Shown: positions 39,661 through 49,451, counted from the stretch's first letter. The stretch: DNA of 64,000 nt from an uncultured Spirochaetota bacterium (GCA_963820525.1 CAWGAA010000001.1:544001-608000), one strand, 5' to 3'. The notes: generated by a model not told the origin, from the letters alone. Made by a program: numbers and translations.

Positions 39661-40758
39661 CTATGCCCTCCGTGAGGACAGGATCCGCAGATACGACAGG
39701 CAGGAGCCGAACCCGTAGATGAGGAGGGCGAGGCTCACGCCGAGGCTCACCAGCCGGAGAATCTGGCCCGCCGAAGCCGCCCCCCCAAACCGCACCAGCC
39801 CCAGAGAGATCCCCACGAAGGCGGGAAGCCTGATCAGGAAAAGCCCCAGAGCCCCCGAGGTGAACAGGAAAAGGGAGGACTCCTCGTGCGCCCTGCGAAG
39901 CCACACGCCGAACCGCACGGCCACGCCGAAGAAGCCCATGAAGGCCGCCGTGAGGATTGCGAGAAAAAGGAACGGCAGGAAGAAGATCCCGAAGATCGAG
40001 ATGGCGAGCAGGATCACGACCGCGGGGATGAGGACCACGGAGAGCACGACGGTGAGAAGCGTCCTGCGCCATTCCACGGTGGCGGACCGGGAGATCCCCG
40101 CCAGATGGGGAGTGAGGAAATACGTGACGATGAAGAGAATGAGCGCCGCCAGGATGAAGCCGACGAACTCCCGCACGAGCTCGATCGCGGGGCCCGAGGC
40201 GGGCGTGGCGAGGATCTGAAGGAAGGGAAGCTTCAGCTGGGGCAGGGCCTGGATCGCCTGTGCAACCCGCGCGCGAGGATCCGCAGTCACCTTCCCCCCG
40301 ATGCTCACGACGCTCCCCCCCACGTCCGCCCCGGGGCCAAGCGCAATGTCGGCTCCGAAAGCCCACACATCGCCGTCCACCCTGCTGTTCACGGTGATCT
40401 TGCCGCCGATGCTCACAACGTCTCCTGAGGTCGGCCTGTCCACGAGCACGGGCCGCGCGACGCGCACTCCGCCGGCCAAAAGAAAGCTCATGCCGTTCAG
40501 GGCGAGGGATACGCTCCTGTCCCCCGAGGTGTAGACGATGCGCAGGGGGAGCACGTTCCATCTCCCCTCGTTGCCGCCGCCCATGAGCCCGAAAGCCAGG
40601 CTGAGGTTTCCGCCGCCCTCGGCCACCTCGATGAGCCCGGGGGAAAGCTCGACTCCCCGTGAGGGTGCCGGGCCGGCAGGCGCGCCGCCCTGCGTGTACG
40701 CGCGGATGATGGCAAAGATCGCGATAAGGGCAATGATGCACAGTACGATTCGTCTCAT
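39661..40758 (-). CDS. Membrane protein with a polymer-forming (bactofilin-like) beta-helix repeat region and C-terminal multi-TM domain
   Basis: ATG behind GAGGAG; repeats GDVVSIGGKITV/GDVWAFGADIAL/GSVVSIGGKVT, then about 5-6 TM helices. Confidence 0.7.
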   Translation of the reverse strand: MRRIVLCIIALIAIFAIIRAYTQGGAPAGPAPSRGVELSPGLIEVAEGGGNLSLAFGLMGGGNEGRWNVLPLRIVYTSGDRSVSLALNGMSFLLAGGVRVARPVLVDRPTSGDVVSIGGKITVNSRVDGDVWAFGADIALGPGADVGGSVVSIGGKVTADPRARVAQAIQALPQLKLPFLQILATPASGPAIELVREFVGFILAALILFIVTYFLTPHLAGISRSATVEWRRTLLTVVLSVVLIPAVVILLAISIFGIFFLPFLFLAILTAAFMGFFGVAVRFGVWLRRAHEESSLFLFTSGALGLFLIRLPAFVGISLGLVRFGGAASAGQILRLVSLGVSLALLIYGFGSCLSYLRILSSRRA

Positions 40759-40769
40759 GGCGGGCTCCT

Positions 40770-41867
40770 CTACCGAATCCCCGGCAGGAATCTCAGCGGG
40801 TTCTGGGGCACTCCATCCTTCCAGACCTCGAAGTGGAGGTGGGGCCCCGTGGCGTGTCCCGTCGCTCCCACCCTTCCGATGGGGGTGCCCTGGTAAATGC
40901 GGGCGCCGCTTGCGACGAGGATCGCGCTGAAGTGGCCGTAGATGTATTGGAAGCCGAGGGGAGACCTCACCTCGACGAAATTTCCCAGCACCTCGTTGTA
41001 TCCGGCAAAGCTCACCCTGCCGTCGGAAGCGGACCTCACGACGGTTCCTTCCGAGGCGGCGATATCGATCCCCCGGTGCCTGGTTGGCTCGCCCGTGAAC
41101 GGATCCGCGCGGCGGCCGAACCGTGAGGTGAGCCATCCGCCGCGCAGGGGGCTCGCGATCGCCACGCCGTAGGCAAGGGAAAGCTCGTATCCTTCATGCT
41201 TGGCCCCGGGAAAGAAGACCCGGGTTGCGGGCGCCACGTCGCCGCGGGAAAGTGAGTTCGCCGCGAGCACCTCATCAGAGGCGAGATTGTACTTCGCGCA
41301 CAGCGCTTCAAAATCGTCCTTCACCACGATGAAGATCCCGTCCTGGTTGGGAATCGCGATCCGTTCTCCCACTTCCAGGTTGTGGACGCCCTTTCCTCCC
41401 GGCCTGTTCAGCGAGGAGATCGTGTCCAGCTCCATCCCCAGGCGCGCGGCTATCTTCTCCAGGGTATCTCCCGGCTTCACGCGGTAGCTCATGAGGGATA
41501 GCCGGGGGGGCGTGTATGTTTCGCCGCCTGCCGGGCCGCCCAGCGGCTCCGCTTTTGTCGCGCCGACCGCAGCCGCGCTCCCTGATGGCAGTGCGGCCTC
41601 CGCAGCCCGCACCGCGTCCCCCGCCGGCCGCGGGGTCACCGGCCTGGCGCGCCGGATCGCGGGCATCCAGCTTTCGGGCCATCCGCGCTCGGCAAAAAGC
41701 GGCCTTTCCCCGGGCCGGGGGAACGGCAGCCTCTGGTCGAGAACCAGGAGCACGGAAACCGGCACGAACAGCACGGCCAGAACCGTCTGGATGAGCCTGC
41801 GGTGGTCCGATATCAGACAGAGCGCTTCGCGGGCAACGATGCTCCAGACCTTCTCTTTCGACATCAT
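40770..41867 (-). CDS. LysM + M23 metallo-endopeptidase
   Basis: TM anchor, LysM YRVKPGDTLEKIA, HRGID and HLH Zn motifs. Confidence 0.9.
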   Translation of the reverse strand: MMSKEKVWSIVAREALCLISDHRRLIQTVLAVLFVPVSVLLVLDQRLPFPRPGERPLFAERGWPESWMPAIRRARPVTPRPAGDAVRAAEAALPSGSAAAVGATKAEPLGGPAGGETYTPPRLSLMSYRVKPGDTLEKIAARLGMELDTISSLNRPGGKGVHNLEVGERIAIPNQDGIFIVVKDDFEALCAKYNLASDEVLAANSLSRGDVAPATRVFFPGAKHEGYELSLAYGVAIASPLRGGWLTSRFGRRADPFTGEPTRHRGIDIAASEGTVVRSASDGRVSFAGYNEVLGNFVEVRSPLGFQYIYGHFSAILVASGARIYQGTPIGRVGATGHATGPHLHFEVWKDGVPQNPLRFLPGIR

Positions 41868-41892
41868 CCTTGTAAACTCACCAGCTTATGTT

Positions 41893-42993
41893 TTATTTCA
41901 GGTACTGCAAAGGGTCAACTGGCTCATTGTTCTTGAACAGGGAGAAATGGAGATGGGGCCCGGTAACATGACCCGTGTTTCCCAGCAGGCCCACTTTGTG
42001 ACCCTGCTCCACGTTCTCGCCCTGGGAGACAAGCACCTTGTCCAGGTGCGCGTACATGGTCTGAAAGCCCGTGCCGGGGTGCTTGAGGATCACGAAGCGG
42101 CCGTAGCTGTAGTTGTATCCAGCCGCCGCCACCCTCCCCGCCATGGCCGCTGCGACGGGAGTATCGAGGGCGTTGGAGATATCCACGCCGTTGTGGAAAT
42201 GCGGCACGCCCGTGAAAGGATCCGCCCGGATTCCGAAGCGCGAGCTCACGCGGCCGCTCACCGGGAAAATGAACAGATTGCCCAGCACCCTGTTCACCTC
42301 GCTGGGGCTCAGGTGGGCTCCCGGGATGAAGATCTCCTGTCCCGGGGTGATGATTGAACTGGCGATCCCGTTCCAGTCCAGGATGCTCTCCAGAGGCACC
42401 GAGAAAGACTGGGATATTCTCTCCAGCGTATCTCCCCGGCGGACCCTGTATTTCAAGCCTTCCGCATTGGGGTATCTGAGGACGGTCCCGGGGCCGAGGA
42501 CTCTCGCGTCCCTGATCCCGTTGAAGCTGATCAGGGTGTCGATGTTCAGCTTCAATCTCTGGGATATCTGCGAGATCGTCTCTCCCTGGCGGATCGTATA
42601 CGAGCCGACCTTCAAGGATTTCAGGAGGGATTGCCCGCTTGGCGCGTCGCCCTTGGACTGGTCTTCCTCGGGAACCAGGATCCGGTACATCTCCTGTTCC
42701 CCATCGGGGGAGGAAGGCAGGACCGCCCTGGGCAGGGAGGCGCCCCTCATGGCGAGGGCGGGCACGAAGAAAGCAACGAGCAGGAGGACGGCGATCGCGA
42801 GAGTGAGGCCCCGCTTGCTTGCGACGGCTTTCACCAGGCGCCGTGCCTTGCCGCGAGGCCGGCCGGCATGCCTCACCGCTGCCGAGCGCCTTTCCGTGGG
42901 CGGCTTCCAGACCAGCGCCGGGCGGCCGACCGGAGAACGGCGGATGTGCGAAGCTCTCTTCTTGACGAACTGGCGCCGAAGACCTGCGATCAT
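41893..42993 (-). CDS. LysM x2 + M23 metallo-endopeptidase
   Basis: TM anchor, two LysM domains, HNGVD, YAHL, TGPHLHF. Confidence 0.9.
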   Translation of the reverse strand: MIAGLRRQFVKKRASHIRRSPVGRPALVWKPPTERRSAAVRHAGRPRGKARRLVKAVASKRGLTLAIAVLLLVAFFVPALAMRGASLPRAVLPSSPDGEQEMYRILVPEEDQSKGDAPSGQSLLKSLKVGSYTIRQGETISQISQRLKLNIDTLISFNGIRDARVLGPGTVLRYPNAEGLKYRVRRGDTLERISQSFSVPLESILDWNGIASSIITPGQEIFIPGAHLSPSEVNRVLGNLFIFPVSGRVSSRFGIRADPFTGVPHFHNGVDISNALDTPVAAAMAGRVAAAGYNYSYGRFVILKHPGTGFQTMYAHLDKVLVSQGENVEQGHKVGLLGNTGHVTGPHLHFSLFKNNEPVDPLQYLK

Positions 42994-43013
42994 TGCTTCC
43001 CTTACAACCCATA

Positions 43014-43042
43014 TCGACAATGAGCGGGCCCCGTATTACTAT
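43014..43042 (+). promoter_or_regulatory. Putative promoter of pbp-maf
   Basis: TCGACA-N17-TACTAT, GGAGG SD downstream. Confidence 0.5.
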
Positions 43043-43071
43043 AAACCTCCGGTGGGAGGGGACAGCATTTC

Positions 43072-44970
43072 GTGATCGATTCCAGCCAGAGGACGCAGGA
43101 GAGACGGCGTCTTGTGATCTTTGCCTGCTTCCTGGGGCTCTGCGCCGCGGCGCTGATCGTAAAGCTGGTCCAGCTCATGGTTGTCGTGCCCGCGCGCGAA
43201 GGCGAGCAGACGCTCGTCCTTCCCGACGTGGAGCGGGGCGCGATCCTGGACCGCCAGGGCCGAATTCTGGCGATAACCACCAAGGAACAGACCGTTTCCG
43301 CATGGGTGCCTTCCATCACGTCGCCGGCGGAGAGCGCCGAGCTCCTCTCCCGGGCCCTCGGCATGGATGCGGCTGAGATCAAGGACAATTGGCGGAAGCA
43401 CCCGGGGTACGCATTGGTGAAGCGCAAGGCGGCCCCGGCCGAAGCCGACGCCGTGCGGGCGCTCAAGGCGGAGGGGAAGCTTGCCGGCATCCGCCTGGAG
43501 GACGAGTACGGCCGCGCGTACCCCGAAGGGCGTCTCGCCTCCCATGTCGTGGGCTACGTCGGCGTGGACAATGTCGCGTGGGACGGGATCGAGTATACGC
43601 TCAACGACGATCTCGCCCCACAGCCCGTGGGCACCGAGCACGAGACCGTGTTCGGAAACCAGGTGTTCCTCACCATCGACGTGAACGCCCAGTATATCGT
43701 GGAGAAGGCGGCCCGCCAGGCAATGGAGGCCACCCGGGCCGACTCTTTGATGATCCTCGCGATGGACGCCAGGAGCGGGGAAATCCTCGCCTACAGCTCC
43801 CTTCCCGACTTCGATCCCAATGAGTTCCAGAAGGAATCGCCCCAGGTGGACAGGAACTCCCTCGTCAACAGGCCCGTCGCCCTCGCCTACGAGCCGGGCT
43901 CCGTCTTCAAGATCTTTACCATCTCGTCGCTTCTCGAGCTGGGGGCCATCACCCCCGAGTCCCATTTCTTCTGCCCCGGCTACTACGAAAAGAAGCTGCG
44001 GGACGGCAGCGTGATCAGGATCAGCTGCATCCGGGAGCATGGAGACGTGACCCCCCAAAAGATCCTCCAGTACTCATGCAATGCCGGGGCAGCGTATGCC
44101 TCCGAGACGGCGAACCCGGAGAGCTTCTCCCAGATGCTGGTGCGCTACGGCTTCGGCAAGCCCACGGGAATCCCCCTGCTCGGGGAAACCGCGGGGCTTC
44201 TGCGCAAGCCCTCGACCTGGTCTGCGCGTTCCAAGCCAACCATCGCCATTGGGCAGGAGGTGTCCGTGTCCGCCGTGCAGGTCCTTGCCGCCGCCACTGC
44301 GCTGGCCAACGGCGGGGTATTGTTGAAGCCCGCCATCGTCAAGAAGATCGTCTCCGCGGACGGAAGGACCATCAAAGAGTTCGGCCGCGAGCCGCTCTGG
44401 GAGGTGATATCACCCAACACGGCGCGGGAAGTATTGCAGATGATGGAGACGGCCACTTCCGCGGAGGGAACGGCGCGGCGCGCGGCGATCCCCGGCCTGC
44501 GGATCTCCGCCAAGACCGGCACGGCCCAGGTACTGAATACTGCGACGGGCAAATACTCGGAGAGCGACTTCATCGCCTCCATGATCGGCATCTTTCCCAC
44601 CGACGATCCGCGGCTGATCCTCTACGTCGTGATCCAGAACCCCAAGGGCGAGAGCTACTTGGGTTCCACCATCGCGGCTCCCGTATTCCGGCAGGCCGCC
44701 GTCGGCCTGGCCGACTACCTCGGCATCCCGCGGGAAGGCTCCAATGTCGCCTCGCACCCCGGCGAAATCGAGGTGCGGCTTTCCAAAAAGATCGAGATCT
44801 CCTCCGTCATGCCGGATCTCATGGGAACCCCCAAGAAGCTTCTCCTGCCGCTGCTCGTGAGGGACGACATCTCCGTCACGATAACGGGAAGCGGGTACGT
44901 CGTGCGTCAGGAGCCGCCCGCCGGAACGAAGATCGAGAAGGGGTCGAAGATCGTGCTGGAGCTGCAGTGA
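43072..44970 (+). CDS. ftsI: Class B penicillin-binding protein (FtsI/SpoVD-like) with PASTA domain
   Basis: RGAILDR, R.YP, GIEY, EPGSVFK (SxxK), SCN (SxN), KTGT, C-terminal PASTA. Confidence 0.88.
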   Translation: MIDSSQRTQERRRLVIFACFLGLCAAALIVKLVQLMVVVPAREGEQTLVLPDVERGAILDRQGRILAITTKEQTVSAWVPSITSPAESAELLSRALGMDAAEIKDNWRKHPGYALVKRKAAPAEADAVRALKAEGKLAGIRLEDEYGRAYPEGRLASHVVGYVGVDNVAWDGIEYTLNDDLAPQPVGTEHETVFGNQVFLTIDVNAQYIVEKAARQAMEATRADSLMILAMDARSGEILAYSSLPDFDPNEFQKESPQVDRNSLVNRPVALAYEPGSVFKIFTISSLLELGAITPESHFFCPGYYEKKLRDGSVIRISCIREHGDVTPQKILQYSCNAGAAYASETANPESFSQMLVRYGFGKPTGIPLLGETAGLLRKPSTWSARSKPTIAIGQEVSVSAVQVLAAATALANGGVLLKPAIVKKIVSADGRTIKEFGREPLWEVISPNTAREVLQMMETATSAEGTARRAAIPGLRISAKTGTAQVLNTATGKYSESDFIASMIGIFPTDDPRLILYVVIQNPKGESYLGSTIAAPVFRQAAVGLADYLGIPREGSNVASHPGEIEVRLSKKIEISSVMPDLMGTPKKLLLPLLVRDDISVTITGSGYVVRQEPPAGTKIEKGSKIVLELQ

Positions 44971-46802
44971 CGGTTTTCGAGGCGAACGCGAAGGCCATTC
45001 TCTCCCGTCATCCCTCCTTCCCTCCCTCGGTTCTTGAACCGCCGGGCAAAGAAGGCGAAGGGGTCATCACCCTGGCTCCGACGCCGTCGGGGCTTCCGAC
45101 AGCCATGCTGGGAGGAACCTACATCCACAGCCGCTACGATCCGCGAAAGGAGGCGGCGGCGCAGATCGCCTCTGACGCCGGCGGGCAGCCAACGGCGTGC
45201 CTCATACTCGGCTTTGGGCTGGGGTATGCGGCTGAAGAGCTGGCGAGGCGATTCCCGTCTGCTGAGATCGTGGTGGTCGAGCCGGACCCCGCGTTCTTCC
45301 GGGCTGCCCTTGCCGCGCGGGATCTCTCCGGCCTGTTCTCATCTCCCCGGCTGCGCCTCCTGGTCGCAGAGAAGCCGGAGAAGCTCTCCTCCGTGCTCGA
45401 GGATCTTCCCCTGGCCGCATTGCGGATCATCAAGCTGCGGGCCGAGACGGGAAAGAACCCCGAGTATTTCGACGCGGCGGAGCAGATAGCGCACGCCTTC
45501 CTGCTTCGTAAGGACATCAACGTCAACACCCTGAACCGCTTCGGAAGGCTCTGGGTCCGCAACCTCGCCTCCAACATCCGCGCCTTCCTCGATTCACCCG
45601 GCGTCGCGCTGTTCGCCGGGCTTTTCGAGGGCATTCCCGCGCTGCTCCTTGCCGGCGGTCCCTCCTTCGACACGGTGAAGCCCCACCTCGCGGCGCTCTC
45701 CCAGAGGATGCTCGTCGTGGCAGTGGAGACGCCCTTGAGGCCGTGTCTGGAGGCAGGCGTCAGTCCCGACTTCGTCGTCATGGTTGACCCCCAGTACTGG
45801 GCCACTCGCTACCTCGACTGGACCGACAGCTACGATGGGTTCGTGGTCGCCGAGCCCTCCACACATCCCCGGACGTTCCGCAGTGCCGGCCGCCGCTTCA
45901 TTTTCGCAAGCTCACTCTTCCCCCTGGGCGCGCGGCTGGAGTCCCTTATCGGCGAAAAGGGAAAGCTGGGCGCAGGCGGATCCGTCTCGACCTCCGCCTG
46001 GGACCTGTGCAGGCTGCTGGGGGCAGGCCCCGTCTACACGGCCGGCCTCGATCTGGGCTTCCCCGGCCGCCGGACGCACTGCGCCGGCGCCTTCTTCGAG
46101 GAGCGGTGGTTCACCCTCCACTCGAGGCTCTCTCCGGCGGAAGACCGCTCGTTTCGCTACCTGCGCGAGATCGGGGTCTTCCCCATGCCGTCAAACGACG
46201 GCGGGCGGACTCTCACGGACCGCAGGATGCTCCTCTATAAGTGGTGGTTCGAGAGCCAGCTTGCGGGCGCGCGGCAGAAGACCTCAAGCCTTGCCGAAAG
46301 GGCCGTTTCCATAGAGGGGATGCCGCTGGCCCCTCGTGAAGAGGCGCTGTCTCTTCCCGTGGTCCGCGGCGAGATCGACGCCCGCATGACAAAGGCGCGC
46401 CTCATCGCCGACGCGTTTGGCAGGGACCGCGCCGCCGCCCTCGAAGCGCTTGACGGCGCCCTTTCCGACATCCTTGACGGCCTGGCAAAGCTCGAAGCCC
46501 TGGCTCGCAGGGGCATTTCCGAGGTCAGGGCGCTCAGCCGGGCCGTCGCGTCCGGCGCGAACCGCGCCCCGTTTATCGCCCGCCTCGACGGCATCGACAA
46601 GCGGATTCTCGAGCTTTCCTCGCGGGACATTGTCGGCTTTCTCATCCAGCCCCTCATCCATCGGATCGTGGACTCGGCCCCGGCCTCCCACCCGGAAGCA
46701 TCCGTTCTCGAGGCGAGCGAGCATATCTACCGCGGGATCCTGGATTCGGCGCGTTTCCACGCCGCCACGCTCGGCGTTGCCCGCGCAAAGCTCCGGGGAT
46801 AA
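44967..46802 (+). CDS. Motility-associated factor (Maf/DUF115) flagellin glycosyltransferase family
   Basis: HSRYDPRKEA, GFGLGY, W.RN...N, AGGPS, PDFVV.VDP, GGSV, GLDL; GTGA overlap with the PBP stop. Confidence 0.85.
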   Translation: MTVFEANAKAILSRHPSFPPSVLEPPGKEGEGVITLAPTPSGLPTAMLGGTYIHSRYDPRKEAAAQIASDAGGQPTACLILGFGLGYAAEELARRFPSAEIVVVEPDPAFFRAALAARDLSGLFSSPRLRLLVAEKPEKLSSVLEDLPLAALRIIKLRAETGKNPEYFDAAEQIAHAFLLRKDINVNTLNRFGRLWVRNLASNIRAFLDSPGVALFAGLFEGIPALLLAGGPSFDTVKPHLAALSQRMLVVAVETPLRPCLEAGVSPDFVVMVDPQYWATRYLDWTDSYDGFVVAEPSTHPRTFRSAGRRFIFASSLFPLGARLESLIGEKGKLGAGGSVSTSAWDLCRLLGAGPVYTAGLDLGFPGRRTHCAGAFFEERWFTLHSRLSPAEDRSFRYLREIGVFPMPSNDGGRTLTDRRMLLYKWWFESQLAGARQKTSSLAERAVSIEGMPLAPREEALSLPVVRGEIDARMTKARLIADAFGRDRAAALEALDGALSDILDGLAKLEALARRGISEVRALSRAVASGANRAPFIARLDGIDKRILELSSRDIVGFLIQPLIHRIVDSAPASHPEASVLEASEHIYRGILDSARFHAATLGVARAKLRG

Positions 46803-46893
46803 AGCGCGCGAGCGCCTTTTTGAGTTTTCTGCTCAACCTTTTGGCGCGGCGGGCCGAAGTATTGTGTGAGGATTTAATCCTCTTACGATAAAC

Positions 46894-46933
46894 ACGGTAT
46901 GCTCAATGACGTCCAGGCATACCGTTTTTTTTT
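46894..46933 (+). terminator. Strong intrinsic terminator
   Basis: ACGGTATGC-N14-GCATACCGT followed by a T run. Confidence 0.85.
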
Positions 46934-47031
46934 GCTTTAAGAGCGGCATGCATCGGGAGCGCCGATGTATGGTGCGTCGAGGCACCGCTTCGCCTCAGCG
47001 TCGGCGCCGGACGGCAACCAGCGGGATACCG

Positions 47032-47397
47032 CTACCTCTTGAGGGCCTTCTCGATAGCGGAAAGGATCCTTTCGGGCTTGAAGGGCTTCACGATGAAATC
47101 CCTCACCCCGGCCTTTATCGCCTCCACGATGAGGTTCTGCTGGCCGAGGGCCGAGCACATGATGACCCGCGCCTTGGGATCGATCTCGAAGATCTTCCTC
47201 ATCGCCTCCAGGCCGTTCATGTTCGGCATCGTGATGTCCAGCACGACGAGGTCGGGGCGGAGCGCTCTGTACCTCTCCACGGCCTGGATTCCGTCGCTCG
47301 CCTCGCCCACCACGATGTAGCCTCGCTCGCTCAAGATCTCTCGCTGGATCATCCGCATGAAGGACAGGTCGTCCGCAATGAGGATTTTCACGCCCAT
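47032..47397 (-). CDS. cheY: Chemotaxis response regulator CheY
   Basis: ILIADD, LDITMPNMNG, MCSALGQ, FIVKPF. Confidence 0.95.
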   Translation of the reverse strand: MGVKILIADDLSFMRMIQREILSERGYIVVGEASDGIQAVERYRALRPDLVVLDITMPNMNGLEAMRKIFEIDPKARVIMCSALGQQNLIVEAIKAGVRDFIVKPFKPERILSAIEKALKR

Positions 47398-47408
47398 GGT
47401 GCCTTCCT

Positions 47409-49439
47409 TCAGAGGGTTCCCCCCTGTACGAATGAGGTGTCGAGAATGAAGACGGGAGTGCCGTCTTCGAGCACCGAGATTCCGGAAAACCGTTTCTCTC
47501 CATTGAGCAGGTCGTCGATGGGCTTGATCACGAGCTCCTGTTCTTCCAGAAGCTCGTCCACCACGAGACCGGCCCTGTCCGCACCGTAGCTCAGGATCAC
47601 GGTGAAATACTCCTCAGCCCTGGGCAGGCCCTTTCCCTGGATGCCGCCGAGATAGAACAGGGGGATCTCCTCCCCCGTCCAGATACAGGTCCTGCGTCCC
47701 TCCTCGCCCCGGATCTCCGTATTGAGCACCTTCAACGTCGACTCCACCGCGGAAAGCGGCAGCGCGTAGACGATGTTCTCCGCGCGAACCAGCAGGGCGT
47801 TCGTGATGGAAAACGTGAGAGGGAGGAGGAGCGTGATGAGAGTTCCCTCCCCGGCCACGGTGCTCACCGTCACGTCGCCCTTGAGGTCTCCCCGGATCCG
47901 CGTGGCCACGACGTCCATGCCGACTCCGCGGCCGGAAAGATCCGTCACCACGTCGCGGGTGCTGAAACCGGGAAGGAAAATGAGGTCCACGAGCTGCCCT
48001 TCATCCATCTCCGCCGCGCCGGGAACTCCCAGCGCCAGCGCCTTGGACCGCACGCGCTCAAGGTCTATCCCCTTTCCGTCGTCCTCCAGCTCGATCACGA
48101 TGCCCCCGCCCTGCTGGTAGGCGGAGACACGAACCCTTCCCTTTTCCGGCTTTCCCAGCCGTACGCGCTCCTCGGGGAACTCGATGCCGTGATCTATCGA
48201 GTTCCTGATGATATGGGTGAGCGGGTCGGAAAGGGCCTCCACGATTCCCCGGTCTATCTCCGTCTCCTCTCCCGACACGGCAAGCTCTATCGCTTTTCCC
48301 AGCTTTCGGGAGAGATCGCGCACCAGGCGCGGAAACTTGTTGAAGATGATGGAGATGGGGATCATCCGCGTCTCCATCATGACCTGCTGCATGCTGTTGG
48401 AGATCTTGTCCAGAGAGTCGAAGCTCTCCCCCAAATCCTCCCGGACGGCTTGCGGATCCGCGCTCCGCGCAAACCTGTCGTAGATCCGCGAGATGTGCGC
48501 CTTCTGCTGGATGAGCTCGGCGATGAGGATCCACAGGTCGTCGAGCTTCTTCGTATCGACACGAATCGTGGTCTTTTCTCCCGAAGGCTTCTTCGGCGCA
48601 TCGGCGGGCTCCGCGCCCGCAGCCTGCCGCGCCGACGAGGGGGCTCCCGAGCCCCGCCGGGACGGCGCAAGGTATTCCTCGATGCGCAGGCGCTCGATCT
48701 CCGCGCATGCCTGGTCGATTTCGACCGCCGCGCGTATGACGGACTCCGCCTCATGCGTGGTGAGGTAGATCTCCGTCCGGGCGTACAGGGAATCCTCCGC
48801 CGTCTCTCCCTCCATGGGGGGCACCACTTTCACGACGTTGGATGCAAGCTCGAGGTTCACGAACGCGAGGTACGCCCTGGCGAACTTCATCGGCTCGCTC
48901 TCGTCCACCGTGATGACGAGCCTGTAGAGGCGCTCGCCCCTGTCGCGAGCCTCGGCCAATCTGCGGCGCTCCAGATCGCCCAGCATCACGGGCTGCCTCG
49001 CCGCCCTCGCTTCGACGCCGCGGGGCTCCTCGGCCGGCGGGGCCCCCTCCGCTTCGAGCCCCAGGCCCTTCTCTACCGTCGTGGTGTCGAACTGAGCGTC
49101 ACCGGCTCCCCGCTCGACTGCGACAAGCATCTCCGCCAGCAGGTCGGAGCCGGCGAACACCGCCTCCAACCGGCTCTTGTCCAGCGTGGCGCTTCCATCG
49201 CGCACCATTCCGAGGACATCCTCCATCTTGTGGGCGAGATTGGAGAACACGGCGTAGCCGAGAACGGCGGATTCCGACTTCAGGGAATGGATCAGGCGGA
49301 AGACCTCGTTCACGAGCTCGCGGTTGTCCCTCTCCTTTTCCAGGAGGAGCAGCGATGTGCTGAGCTTCTGGACCAGATCGTCCGCGTCCTCCAGGAACGC
49401 GTGCCGCAGCTTGTTCTCGTCGATGCCCGTCGTCGCCAT
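47409..49439 (-). CDS. cheA: Chemotaxis histidine kinase CheA
   Basis: P1 FRLIHSLK, P2 domain, TIRVD, HIIRNSIDHGIE, DDGKG, PGFST, SGRGVGMDVV, CheW-like P5. Confidence 0.95.
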   Translation of the reverse strand: MATTGIDENKLRHAFLEDADDLVQKLSTSLLLLEKERDNRELVNEVFRLIHSLKSESAVLGYAVFSNLAHKMEDVLGMVRDGSATLDKSRLEAVFAGSDLLAEMLVAVERGAGDAQFDTTTVEKGLGLEAEGAPPAEEPRGVEARAARQPVMLGDLERRRLAEARDRGERLYRLVITVDESEPMKFARAYLAFVNLELASNVVKVVPPMEGETAEDSLYARTEIYLTTHEAESVIRAAVEIDQACAEIERLRIEEYLAPSRRGSGAPSSARQAAGAEPADAPKKPSGEKTTIRVDTKKLDDLWILIAELIQQKAHISRIYDRFARSADPQAVREDLGESFDSLDKISNSMQQVMMETRMIPISIIFNKFPRLVRDLSRKLGKAIELAVSGEETEIDRGIVEALSDPLTHIIRNSIDHGIEFPEERVRLGKPEKGRVRVSAYQQGGGIVIELEDDGKGIDLERVRSKALALGVPGAAEMDEGQLVDLIFLPGFSTRDVVTDLSGRGVGMDVVATRIRGDLKGDVTVSTVAGEGTLITLLLPLTFSITNALLVRAENIVYALPLSAVESTLKVLNTEIRGEEGRRTCIWTGEEIPLFYLGGIQGKGLPRAEEYFTVILSYGADRAGLVVDELLEEQELVIKPIDDLLNGEKRFSGISVLEDGTPVFILDTSFVQGGTL

Positions 49440-49451
49440 GGCCTCAATGCT

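Noticed and set aside
44076..44966. Apparent 908-aa Maf with a long N-terminal extension
   Set aside because: The extension overlaps the PBP in another frame; the real start is GTG 44967. The same artefact inflates thiI, hisH, flhB, hypB and the ORFs ending at 33378 and 39661.
46860..46933. Fluoride riboswitch or a 13-codon peptide (MLNDVQAYRFFLL)
   Set aside because: The 5' GGxGAUG element is missing, no downstream sense gene exists, and the mini-ORF lacks a properly spaced SD and runs through the terminator.
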